NCBI GenBank assembly: GCA_001600815.1
Contig: BCKZ01000020.1
Location: 150,831-214,830 of the forward strand
Length of the DNA: 64,000 bases
Source of the DNA: Alloascoidea hylecoeti
Lineage: Eukaryota
Direction of reading: 5' to 3'
Shown here piece by piece: positions 24,238 to 36,505 of the stretch. How positions within the stretch are numbered: the first letter of the stretch is position 1; each line of letters opens with the position of its first letter. The position numbers and the translations under genes were made by a program. The notes below the pieces were generated by a model, which saw only the letters and a program-made list of their open reading frames with translations, made no database searches and was not told the origin of the DNA.

Positions 24238-26392
24238 TTAAACATATTGAAGAGAAGAAACCCTTTCATCATCATGTCCATGATTGACCTCGATCTCAAT
24301 ATTCCCGACCTCTTCTTTCGCGGCTTCCCATGCTATTAGAGAATCATGGGCCCATTGCAAAACCGACCCGCTATATCCAATCTATTACAACTTTTGTTAG
24401 TTTAGCAATGACTCCATTAGAAAATCTAAAAATTACATACCATCACTCTTCTCCAATCTTCCTTAATGACTTCTATTGCCCTACGAATGGTCACATTAAC
24501 AGCTGTTGTTGCCATCTCTGTGTCTTCTTTAGATACATGAAAAACTTCTTCTAACTAAATCGAGGATATTAGTAAAATCCCAATCAATTGGGCCGGAATT
24601 TTCAATGCTAAATCTCAATAGAAAAATATAACCATACCATTTTAATATCCTTTTTTAACTTGAAAATTTCTGCTCTTCGATCCCTGTTTTTAGTGGAAAT
24701 GTCCGGTTTCTTTCCGGTGATATAAGAGTACCATTTATCATCTTGCGTATTACCATCATCGTTCTCAATACTTCCATGATCGGGATTATCCCTTAGAGAT
24801 CTACGCTGCTCTTCGAATTCTCGAGCAATAACAGATGTTGAATGCTCTAGTTGTCTTGTTATAGCTTCTTCCAACCTTTCCGCTTGGATCAATGCCATCT
24901 CCAATCCAATAAGCTTATCCTTTGCTCTTTTTAATCTCAGGGCACTAATCTCGTACTGTAGTTCCTTCATTTTTCGATATTTCAAAACCCCTTGAATTGC
25001 TGTTGCATATTTTGCCATTTCTAGAATTGGTTCATTAAATACAATCGTTAAAGAGGAAATTAGTGCTTCGGTATTGATGAAATTTGTATCAACGGCTTGC
25101 CCTACTCTTTCAATGGCTCCAGGACCAACTTGTAATGTATCCTCTTCAAGACTAAATGCATTATAGTGAGCTCCCAATGCCGCAAGATCAGAAACCATTT
25201 CATTATATCGTTTATTGACACGCCGCGTGGTCTGTTCTAACCGTGATGTTAATAGTTTTTTATAGTTTTTTATCATTAGCTCTGTAGGTTTTAACTGATT
25301 ATCATAACGGGTCTCTATGTTTGTGCTGATTTGAGGAATGGGTAGTCTTTTATGAGCTTCCGAAAATCCTGTAGGATCCAATGGAGGTCCTAACAATATA
25401 TTCTCTGGTAAATTGCAAAGTGGTGGTGTTTTTAGAATTTCAATCCAACTTACCCCGGGATCTAAAAATCTGTAAAAGACACTAGAGTTACGAATTTCAG
25501 GAATATCTTTACAACGATTTAAAAATGATGTAAACATTCTCCGACGGTATTCAATTATACCTACATCCTCCTTCGCTGAGCCTGGTGCTAGTATATAGTC
25601 TGTGATTCTGTGTTTTGCAGGTATAGGAGGAATTACAATAGTAGGAAATAAGTGCAACAAATATTTTCGTAGACTTTCAAAATCACTATAACGACGCTCA
25701 GTTTTTAGGTTTTGTAGTTGAATGGTATACGAAATGTAAGACTTCCCATTTGAACCTTTAGTTTTCGTTGTAGTTGGAATCAAAATTGGAATATATGAGC
25801 TAGACATTAATATTTTTTGAGTTCCAGTCATGTAACTCGTGTCAATCGTTTTCCTTTTGTGTATAATTGGAACGATTTTAGAATCAAAACTTGCCATTAC
25901 TGTTTCTGGACTTTCTAAGGTGCTTATAGATTGTGTTTTCACCGTGCCATTTACAGTTGTTATGGATCCGGAACGAACAGATGGAACGTCTTTTATTGCT
26001 ATGGTACTAACCATATCAGCATTGTCTTCAATTTCACTGTTCTCGGTATTCTCTGGATGACTGTCGTTATCACTATTTTGATCGTGATTGCTATTATCGT
26101 TATCGGCCCAGTTGTGTGGCAACACCCCCCCGTTTCTTTCAGGACCAAATAGCGAAGTCTCCCTAACATCACCAAAAAGATCACTGTTTAATATACTATT
26201 ATGTGGATCTCCAAGTAGAGTTTCAGTTTCTTTTCTGTGATTGTCTATATCCAATATAGATCCAAACCCTCCTCTCATTACCTCATTTTCAGTGTGAAAT
26301 ACATGCCCAAAGCTAGCAGTAGAATTGAATAATCCTGATGTTTCAAAAGAATCGGAATTGAAGGGATTATTATCTTCTTCAAAGTCTGACAT
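24238..26392 (-). CDS. PX-BAR sorting nexin (Atg20/Snx41 family); complement join(24638..26392,24441..24554,24238..24381)
   Basis: PX domain (RRYSDFESLR...PTIVIPPIPAKH...RRRM) plus BAR helices. Two phase-0 introns with canonical sites extend the ORF to TAA at 24238, giving 670 aa. Confidence 0.88.
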
Positions 26393-27418
26393 TATCTTTG
26401 AAGAACCTTTGTGGATATCTGATGAGAAGTTAAGGCTATTATAAGGCGGGGTAACCTATTTTATCACCAGAAATTTTGGAAGTTCCAGGTCAATAACTTT
26501 AGATCTGATTCTGAAGTCCTGAAGAAAAAATAGATAAAATTGGCAATGGGCAATGGGCATTGTTTGATCATAGATGTATTGTATAGTATGTAACATGCAC
26601 AATTTATTTATAAGAAAAATACATCTAGGATATTTCACTTAATTCATAATGTTGTCTGAGTTTTCAACAGAACCCTCAGCTTCTAAGTGTACCCTCAGAA
26701 TTGTGTAAGTGGCTCGCACAATGTTATAATTAATTCTATATATCAGAACTCATCAATAATTCTTTAAACGTGCTCTCAATATCCAATAATTACAACTTAA
26801 TGAGTTTTCCCTATGAAATTATTTTAGTCATATCTCAACAGTTAAACTTCCATGGACCATTTACTTTTTCTGGCATGTTTTTTGCGGATTTTACTAGAGT
26901 TGATCTAAGAGTTGAAAGATGGTTTAAAAAGGGCAGCCATAATTATAAAACCATTAACGGTGTTCGGAATCAAGAATAAATTAAAAAATATTAAAAGCAA
27001 TCTAGCCATTCCTCTGAAGCATCCTGGAAATAGGGAGGTTATAATTGCTTAATCCTATGTTAGAACTGCTTATGTGGTATTCATCACTTTTACAATTGTT
27101 ATGTTAATACTTTAGTCAACTATAATCACTAAAGAATACGACATCTTACTTCCGAGTTTTTAGGAATCAAGATAGATGTTGCTATAATACAATTTGTGCG
27201 GTATTAACTTTTACTTTAAGGCCTGGCAAAATAATATGCTCTCTTTTTCGACCAGCCACCTTTCTTTATTTTTTGTATTCAAGAAATTTATTTAATATCA
27301 TAATTTTTTGTATTCAACTAATTATAAAACAAACGAGAACAAAACATATTCACTATTACCAACATCTATTAAACTGTAAACTTTGGTACTATTCAATGAA
27401 GCTTCATCATATAATTGT

Positions 27419-28313
27419 CTAACCAATTTTAAAGATTAAAAACGCCAGAGGGCCGATGTAAAAGTAAATAAAGTGATGTGCTTCTAAACGTGATTGAACA
27501 ATGTTTAGTTAATATGAGAATTCCTAATTAATCTCTTCCCAACGATAATAAAGAACTACATACCATGTGTCACATAACTTCCAAAATTTTTTCCAACAAT
27601 AACATGCCAAGTTCTTCCAAATTTTGTATCCAGCTAAATAATAATGTTAATAAATTAGTCGATGGTTCGAAGAGGTGGGGATATCAAAGACCAAAAAGGG
27701 GTAACCCATTTGATATTAATTTTCACCCAAGAAATCTTGAACAAACTTATGAAGACTCACCTCTTTTTTCAAAGTAGCAGCAATATCCTTTTCGATCTCA
27801 TGGGCATTGGCAGCAGACACAGCTAAGCAAGATAAAGGTTAGTAAAAAAAATAGAAAATAGGTTTACCAGAGAAAAGAGCACGCACCTAAATCGATGACC
27901 TGTGCCTTTAAGTCCTCATTCTATAAATTTCAAGGGCGTCAGTTAGTACCACTTTGTTTTAAGGTTCAAGATTCTGCTTTTCGGATGTGTTGAATTTTTG
28001 TGAGATTAAGCTTTTTGCAACTTTTCACTGGGACGTAAAAACGAAATAACAAGAACCAAAACTTTCAACACAAAAGAAGTTAAACAAAATCCCATAATCC
28101 AACAAAACGTATCAAGTTGGGATGGAGGCATACCATATCGGCCGATTTGATGACCGCTGATAAAATAAGTTAGTATTTTCCTAGAGTAAACAAACATGTC
28201 TGAGGCACAATAGTATCCCACTGATCAACGTGAGACTAGTAACAGAATAGTATATTACAAAATGGTCGTGTAGATTTTTAAAAGTACTTACGCTTGTCCA
28301 CTATTTTGGGCAT
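27419..28313 (-). CDS. DYN2: Dynein light chain LC8; exons 28292-28313, 28134-28156, 27887-27920, 27761-27822, 27564-27633, 27419-27483
   Basis: The spliced product is [91 protein letters not shown] (91 aa). All five introns are GT-AG with branch points and consistent phases. Confidence 0.95.
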
Positions 28314-28673
28314 GATGAATATATTAACCTATGCTTTGGTGAAGTAAGTTAATTTGTAAAGTGCTGGCAGAGTTTTGTAAATTGAGGATGTCTGGGTGTG
28401 GATTACGAATATCTGTATTCAATTATAACTAGTAAACTTTAGATCTTCAACTACTATATTCACTTCATTTTACACTCAAGATGTAATAGTATAAGTTATA
28501 TTATAAATTAGATTTCTGAAATCAACAGAAAATGCACTTTTTTGATTGAAAATTTACTCTAACTAGTGAAAGAAAAATAAATATTATTACCAGTTATGGA
28601 GATCTCGAGAATAGTCACATGTAGAAATTTAAAGAATTGAATATTAAACACATAATAATTAATATTAATAACA

Positions 28674-31316
28674 CTAGTTCACAAGACCAAAACTTTCCAT
28701 CATTGCTGAAAACTGTCCCAAATCACTCTTAAATGACTTCCTATATCCAATAGTCTCACTCTTTATGGCTTCAAGTTCAAGGTCCAATTGTTCATAAAGA
28801 TCCATATTGTTTTCTCGAACAGGTTTAGGGTTAAACTTGTTTTCAACCGATAAAGGTGCCAAAACATCATCATTAGGAACATCATGTTTATTGAACGCAT
28901 TTCGAAATTCATTCATTAACACTTGATTTCTATCCTTGTAGAGCTGCTTTTCTGCAAGGATTGCCTTTCTTTTATTCTCCTCTTCGATTGCTCTCTCCTC
29001 ATAATATCGAACAGCTGATTTAAATTTTTCAATTTGAGCTGCCATAATATTAGATCCACCAAGAGAATTTTGGAGACTATTAATTTGCTTTTGCATCTCC
29101 AAGACGTATTTATCCTGTTCAACCGAAGAAACAATATCAAGGTTAACAACTGCTAATGTTCTAATCTCTTTAGCTCGTTGGGCATATTTGAAGGTAGATA
29201 ATGATTCTTCATAAGAACCAGGTGAAACGCATGCAATCATGGCAGTCTTATAATTCCCTCCAAGTGGTTCCTTCATTAGCCATGTTAACGTTGAATCACG
29301 ATATGGGCACAAATCTCTTCTCTTTTCTGATCTCGTTGGCGAATTTAAACTATTAGAGTTTGCAGCAGGCGTAGAAAGAACAGAAATAACTTTACCAAGA
29401 GCAGTTAAAGATTTATTACTGACACTAGGTCCTTCTCTTATTCTTCTTCCTGCTGTACCATTTTGGGTAATTTTTTCTGGACCAGATAAATCAATCAACT
29501 GAATTTTAGACACTTTCTCTTCGGTCATACCAGTTTTCTCATCAAACAGTTTTTGTTTCAAGTTTATGATAAAAACAGAATGGGAATTGCCTGAAGAGGT
29601 CCTTAACTTATTACCAGCATCTATGAATTGCTTAATCTCGCTATATGACTTGACGGTAAATTCTGAAATGTTTTCAACATAAGGTCCGCTTGAAGATTCT
29701 CGAACCTTAAATTTAGAAGATTCTCCTGTGGTATCAACACCTCGCTTTTTAGCTGGTGATCCCCTTACTGATACTGAAGATCTGGTTCTTGAGGTGGATC
29801 TAGATGCAACAGCAGGTGTCCTTGTTGTTCTTGTTGAAGGTTTAAAGGCCGGAGCCCCAGTAGGTGATGTAGTAGAATCGGAAGGTGGTGATGCAATTAA
29901 ATCATTTATGATTTCATTATGAATTTCAAAAAATGATACACGCACTGTAACACTTATACCCTCATCTATAAGATCATTAGCCTTTCCAAATAAATCTTCA
30001 CATAATCTTGAAATAATGCCTTCATTTTCGGCATTACCCATCATAGTATATGTTTTACCAGATCCCAATTGACCCTAAACACGAAGTTAGTATTAGATTT
30101 AACTTCAAATATAATTGTCAAGTTAATAAGTATCAAAATAAAGAGACATACATATGTAAAAATACAAGTATTGTAACCCATAAAAGCATGATCGAGGAAC
30201 TTCTTTCCGATGATATCATATAATTTTTTCTGATCAATATAGCTAGTGTTATTACTATCATGTGATAAAATTGTGCGGTCGAAAGTGAACTCTTTAATAT
30301 TATCATTGAGATCAGCAGATACTTCATTCGGTGACTCGGGCTTATGGATAATTGCTGTGGCCGAGTCTTCTCCAACACTAACAAGGTTTTTAACACCATC
30401 AGATATTTCTTGTAAAAATTAGTATAAATAAAATATTTCGTTCTGAATATTGTAATAACTTACCGATTTCAGAGAAAGGTCTAATTCTGACGAAGACCTC
30501 AACATTGCTATTACCGTAGATTTGACCCGGCGAGGAAGAGCGACTTGAAACAGAGCCATCGACCGAATCCGTCGGACCTATTACTTTATCAACAGGGGTT
30601 CTGGAGCCCGTGTGGCGATCAAATCGACCCGAAAGTGGTGTTCGTGCTCTTGAACCTGATCTAAGAGTAGACACAGGCGTAGAAGGTCTACCAGTCCTCG
30701 TAACACTAGAAGCTCTTGAAGTGGATACCACTCCATTTGTGCGAGCATCCAGTCGCCTAGTGGGTCTAGAGGATGTTCCTCTGGTACTATGTGCTGTGGT
30801 AGTCTTGGAGGTTGAGTCGAAGGAATTTCTTGCAGAAGTTCTTACAGCGGACCTAACAGGTGTTCTTGCTGTAGGAGGTACTTTTGGAGTACTAACAGGA
30901 GATGTTTTAGAAGAAGAAGAAGCTCTCGAATGAGTAGAGATACTAGGCTTTCGTTCTCTGATAGGAATATGTTTAGGTGAAACATTTCTTGGGCATCGTT
31001 TGCTAACTTTGGGCGCAGCTGTATGAGATGCGATATTCTCAGCGACTATGTTTCTAGGAGCCCTTTTCGCACCTGGTGTGGTATTCGCTTTTGAAGAAGT
31101 TGCTGTCTTAGAGGTAGGAACAATGGAGGTTCTTTTTCCTGCTTGGCTTGGAGTTGTACCCGTTTTTGCTGCTGATGTAACAGTTTTTGAAATTTGACGA
31201 GTCATTTTTGCAGGAGACTTTGAACCTGATCTTAAAGGCTTTGGTGGAGCAATCAAATCATCAGCACCTCCTTTCTTTTTAATAGGCTCATCCTTCTTAT
31301 TACTGTCCTCAGTCAT
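28674..31316 (-). CDS. Kinesin-3 family protein (short-tailed Nkin3/UncB-like) with degenerate switch motifs; complement join(30464..31316,30152..30408,28674..30074)
   Basis: 836 aa after splicing. Basic Ser/Thr-rich N-terminal extension, VFVRIRP, FTFD, GYNTCIFTYGQLGSGKTYT, PYRDSTLTWLMKEPLGGNYKTAMIACVSP and AVVN neck, then a coiled coil. Intron 1 requires an AAG acceptor. Confidence 0.88.
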
Positions 31317-31706
31317 TATATAAATAAACTAAGTTTTGAAAATGCAGAACTTTTTTGTTTTATGTTAATAATAATTGGTTGTATTTATTTTATTTGGAGG
31401 GGACAAAAATAATTGGGAATGTGTTCTTTTTAAAGTTTCCACGCCTAAGTTTATGCCCGTTTAGGTAAGCTTTCTTTTCAACTGGAACGCAATAAATATT
31501 TAATTGCATTTGTGTATAACATCTTCCCCATTAATAATAATTAATATTTCACTTTAAAATATATTCATCCTTTTATTTAACTATAATTTTATTTAATTCT
31601 GGGTAGTTATCAGCAACATATTTATGTTATATCTGGCTTAGCCATTAAATTAAACCTATACCAACTAGTACTACCTATAAGTATAGTTAAAGCTCAATTG
31701 CAATGG

Positions 31707-32110
31707 GTTAGGGCCTATAGGCTTATAGCTGAATATAATATTTTATCAGATACCTATCACGATTACACCTCTTCTGGTGTAGTGCATGGAGTGCCTACAA
31801 TTGAAGAGGCTAAATTGTAGTCGTATCTCTCGTAATTGATCAACATCTTAATGTAAGTAGCCCTAGTTTTAGGCTATAGCTACATAGTTTCAATAGTATT
31901 TTATGTCAATTCACCTTTGACATTTGATATTATAAGAAGATACAGATATATGCCACTAACTCCCTTATTCATTTCCTTAAATTTATTATTTATATTATGT
32001 TTTTCTATGTGTAACCTTATTCGTACCAAAAATTCATGTTTAGTTAAAATTATCATTGCCATAAAATTCCAAGAGTTGAAATAATGTTAGCTATAACTAT
32101 AGGCCCTAAC
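31707..32110. mobile_element. Putative MITE-like element bounded by about 22 bp terminal inverted repeats
   Basis: GTTAGGGCCTATAG-GC-TTATAGCT (31707-31730) is the reverse complement of AGCTATAA-CTATAGGCCCTAAC (32089-32110) apart from a 2 nt indel. The interior is non-coding. No target-site duplication recognised. Confidence 0.4.
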
Positions 32111-33955
32111 TATAGTGCATATTACTTAGTTATCTGATCTTGAATTACAGATATTAGTTACCAAGTCTGATCGCGAGGCTTTTGCAATTGGGAAAAATAC
32201 CTTAAAATAGCGCTTAATTAGTGAGCTTTAAGTGAAGACGTTAGACTGGCTGGACAAAAGTGAAAACTACAATTTCAACCCCAAATTTAACTATGAGAGA
32301 CTCGAGGTAGACTCCAACTTCAATATAGGTGCCTAATATCGTAGACCCTATAGTTAAGTGATGTGAAATCGTAAGTTGGCTTAGACCGTGTGACCAGTAA
32401 ATTTAAACATACTAAGAGAAAAAACTATAATAGTACTAGTGCTAGTAGAGAAGTTATAATTATAACCATCTAGAAGCCTGGACTCCCTGGGAATTGGGAT
32501 TCTATCCGGTCGAATAGAAATTAATTGATACACATAGCTATAAGGTACTACATACAGTGTTATACATTCATGATCATAGTGCTCTCTCATTCCTTTTAAT
32601 TTGGGCAATAAAGTGGATTAGGTAATCAAACATGCTGATTATCTCAAAGTAAGGCCGAATATTTTGCCGTCAGGCCCAGCACATACAACTATTTAGTTCA
32701 AAAGATGGATGAAATTTAAAAGGAATGAATAATTATTAGTCTCTGCAGCCATCTAGATCTTCTGGTCGTAATAATAATTTATAAACAGTAACCGACGCCT
32801 GTTGCCATTCGGCTTAACATCAGCATAGCTTAAGGACGAACTGCAATCGAATTTTTTCAAGATCCACTTTAAGTTATAAAATTTCAAGGTAATTAGGATA
32901 GGAATCTATTCGAACTTCAAAGTTAAATTCGTGGCTTATAATTAGTTAATGTTCTGGTGGTTCCTGAAATATTAATGTAACATCCATACGAAGTTTCAAA
33001 CTACAGGTATGACATTCCATGATCTAACTACAGTGTTTCAACTTAATTTAGGCCACCCCTTCACTATCTATGACGAGAAGCTGGTAGCAAACCCACTAAC
33101 CACCGACCTCAAAAAAGGATTTCTTTACAATATACTAGAAAGTAAGCGCTGAAGCTATAAACCCTAATAATTGATCGGGCGAAAAAGAAGTAGAAGTAAA
33201 CAAAAAAAATTCATTTTTATGATGATCTACTTGAACAATGTAAACACACTGAGTTTGTAAAAGATACTTACGAAGCGTGGTTGAAAAATTGAGAACATAT
33301 AGGATATCAGACCTTTAAGAGGGGAAAGACATTAATAATAATGTACACATAATTCCCTGAAGATAACAAAGAGAGGTTTCCTGACGGTATAATACCGACA
33401 CCTAAAGTATAGAAGGAAGTATTAATTACGGGAGGCCGAAATTAAGTGGACCTGGGAAGTAAAGTTGTGCTTAAATTTACGTCCACTGAACCTATAAACA
33501 TGAAATTTGCGGCACTCCAGCACCTCCAGGCCCTGGAGTTGTTTACAGTCATAGTATACGTCTTGAATATTTGACCTTTACAAACTAACCAACTAATATC
33601 AGGTCATACTAGGTATGACGATTGATACTTTCGTTTGGCCATGGTGTTGAAGGTGCCGATGCTACCGATCGCGATATCAAGTGCAGATCACGTGTGCCAC
33701 ACTTTTTGCCCTGCATCGCCTAAAAATAACTGTGTTTGTGAGTCTACATCTGATAGAATTTAGATCTAAATATTTGGTATTTCAGGGGCGTTTCACCTTT
33801 AATCCATGAACGACAGAAACCACCAGTTCTAGCAGTATTGTATATATATTATCCTCGATCGTCACTTTCGCTGACTTCTTTCATAATCACCAGTTGAGGT
33901 AAATTTAATATTTATAAGATTCTCGCGATCGCTCAAAACCTCAACAGAAGCATCA

Positions 33956-36370
33956 ATGATTTCGCTCTACTCTTTATCATCTGAAGTACGGGTTGGAGAT
34001 ATCCACAGATATACAATTAAAGCAAAAAGATCGTGTCCATATAAATCTATTCACTGCAAAGTGAAAAATACTAAAAATATAACTTTCCGAGCTTCATTAC
34101 TTCCAGGACCTTTTATAATATATGCTGATATTAGACCAGCTTCTTATGATCATAATAAGAAAACGGATAATGAACCTATTTATGATCCGGACCTTAAAGC
34201 TAACCAAAGTCTGAAGACAGATCTTAATGTCAATGAGGAAAACATATGGATTATAGAAGTTGTTTCACAAATGATATTTGGTAATCTGGTTACTACTCCT
34301 TACAAAATTACGATAACAACAAACCCTTTAAATGAAATGCAATCTTTATCCTCAGGTAATAGTCACTCTTCTGATTCTTTATCTTCAAATAGTGAACTGG
34401 CATCTCATCTTGAGGTTATTCGTGAAGATACGAAAGATTTATGGAAGATTCCTCCACCAATCCCAGATAAACCAATACATCTTGCTATTCTTACCCATGG
34501 AATTGAATCCAATACTACAGCAGATTTATTTTATCTAAAGGAGCAAATTCAAGCCCATACGAAAGAGAATGTTATGATTAGAGGCGTTATAAAAAATGCG
34601 GGTAAAACGGAAAAAGGTATACGGTATCTGGGGAAAAGATTAGCCTTATATGTTTTAGAACAGGTCCATGAAAACCCAGGAATTAACAAAATATCTTTTA
34701 TTGGTCATTCTTTAGGTGGACTAGTTCAAACATTTGCCCTTGGATATATTCAGGAGCATGATCATACTTTTTTTCAGCGCATTAAGCCCATAAACTTTAT
34801 TACGATGGCTTCACCATTATTAGGAATTTCCAATGAAGGCCCATTATACGTTAATTTAATTTTAACTTTGGGATTATTAGGGAAAACAGGTTTGGATCTA
34901 TGCTTAATGCCAACATTTCCACATAAATTACCTGGTTTATCGAAACCTACACGAACTCCAATTGTGAAATATTTACCGTACAGCCCTGCAATGGACGTTA
35001 TGAAACTTTTTGAAAATAGAACAGTTTATGCTAATGCAGTTAATGATGGGATTGTTCCATTGCGCACCAGTGCATTACTATATTTAGATTGGGAAGGCCT
35101 CGGTGCTGTTGATTTGGCAAGGAAAGATAAATTAAATAAGATGAAAAATAATAAAAGAAGTGATAATGATAATCACAATCCAAATTCAAATTTAAATTCC
35201 GAAGATGGATCAGATAATAATGAAAGAAAGCCACAGACAGAGGAATCGCCCAAAAATAGTACTGATAATAATGATTCAGATACAAAAGATACACAAACAG
35301 ATAAGAGTCTCAAAGAAATTTCATTTGCCATCAATGAGAATAGTAATAAAAATTTAACTAATCAAAGTGAACATGAAGACAATATGCGGAGTTCTTCAAG
35401 TAATTCTTCTTACAATACCATTGATTATGACACTACTAAAAGAGATTATATAAAGTCTCGATCAGAGAACAATATTCTTGATACAATAAATTCTAGCAAT
35501 GAAAATAACGATACTTATCATGGTCGTAAAATTAACACTCTTCCCAATGAACCAAGACCACTCTCGGTCCAACAAATTCCCCTATCCAAACCATCAAGAG
35601 AAGTCGCTATTGTCAAAACAGCAGATATAATGTGTATCCCACAACGGTTTCAAGATATGTTCACATTTTTAATTCCAGCAAAGCATGATAATCATAAACC
35701 AAAACATCATGGTCATAGATCTAAGGTAAAATCAATTTATAAGTTTAGCCAGACAATATCAAAAGAAAAAGATCATAAGAATTCGAATTCGAATTCTAGG
35801 TCTTTAACCGGATCATCAAATGGTACAAATACGACTACTGGCAGTAGTAGTGATAACGAGGGAGATGGAAATAAAGAATCTGTACCAGAAACTTTACTAA
35901 GACATATTCCTGAACCAGCATCAGCCTTTGTATCAGCTACTCACTTACTATCCCCTCCACTGCCTTCGAAAGAATACATTACAAATCCCGATAGTAGAAC
36001 TAGTGTTATTATGCATGACCAATTCTACGATGAATCGGATTTACCACCAAGACGAAGAACAACTAGCAGATCTGGTCTGGGGACATTTACATTTATGAAA
36101 AGAAATCGCCCTCAAACAACATCTGGCGGTGAGATCAAAGAACAAATGAAATCCCCCAAACTTGGCCCACCTCGAACACAATCGGAAGAAGAGTACGATC
36201 TTGGTCACTTGGAGGAGATTTTAGCTAGAAAATGGCATGAGGGAATGAGATGGAGAAAGGTGCTTGTAGGGTTGGATCCGGAAGCACACAACAATATCGT
36301 AGTGCGAAGAAGGTTTGTGAATGCGGGTGGTTGGGAAGTTGTGGATCATTTGGTTAGTCAGCACTTTTGA
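33956..36370 (+). CDS. DUF676 serine hydrolase / putative lipase (Rog1-like)
   Basis: 804 aa. HLAILTHGI, ISFIGHSLGGLVQ nucleophile elbow, YANAVNDGIVPLRTS, and WRKVLV...AHNNIVVRRRF. Confidence 0.9.
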   Translation: MISLYSLSSEVRVGDIHRYTIKAKRSCPYKSIHCKVKNTKNITFRASLLPGPFIIYADIRPASYDHNKKTDNEPIYDPDLKANQSLKTDLNVNEENIWIIEVVSQMIFGNLVTTPYKITITTNPLNEMQSLSSGNSHSSDSLSSNSELASHLEVIREDTKDLWKIPPPIPDKPIHLAILTHGIESNTTADLFYLKEQIQAHTKENVMIRGVIKNAGKTEKGIRYLGKRLALYVLEQVHENPGINKISFIGHSLGGLVQTFALGYIQEHDHTFFQRIKPINFITMASPLLGISNEGPLYVNLILTLGLLGKTGLDLCLMPTFPHKLPGLSKPTRTPIVKYLPYSPAMDVMKLFENRTVYANAVNDGIVPLRTSALLYLDWEGLGAVDLARKDKLNKMKNNKRSDNDNHNPNSNLNSEDGSDNNERKPQTEESPKNSTDNNDSDTKDTQTDKSLKEISFAINENSNKNLTNQSEHEDNMRSSSSNSSYNTIDYDTTKRDYIKSRSENNILDTINSSNENNDTYHGRKINTLPNEPRPLSVQQIPLSKPSREVAIVKTADIMCIPQRFQDMFTFLIPAKHDNHKPKHHGHRSKVKSIYKFSQTISKEKDHKNSNSNSRSLTGSSNGTNTTTGSSSDNEGDGNKESVPETLLRHIPEPASAFVSATHLLSPPLPSKEYITNPDSRTSVIMHDQFYDESDLPPRRRTTSRSGLGTFTFMKRNRPQTTSGGEIKEQMKSPKLGPPRTQSEEEYDLGHLEEILARKWHEGMRWRKVLVGLDPEAHNNIVVRRRFVNAGGWEVVDHLVSQHF

Positions 36371-36505
36371 TTAGTAATTGATAAGTAAAAATGAGAACAA
36401 TGAGCGAATGTCACATGATATGTAGTAAGCCTCTTTAAGTCTAACGGATAATTTTTTGGCTGTCATCATCAAAATAAATTACCAGTGTTTATAAATCAAT
36501 ATTGA

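Noticed and set aside
27419..27633. Alternative yeast genetic code (CUG as Ser or Ala)
   Set aside because: CTG codons fall at conserved Leu or hydrophobic sites in DYN2 (KELD, GPLAF) and SOU1 (DILVDGG), and all three tRNAs have ordinary identities.
33200..33630. Possible decayed ORF or retroelement fragment on the + strand
   Set aside because: Stop density is not clearly below chance, and no gag, RT or integrase motifs are present.
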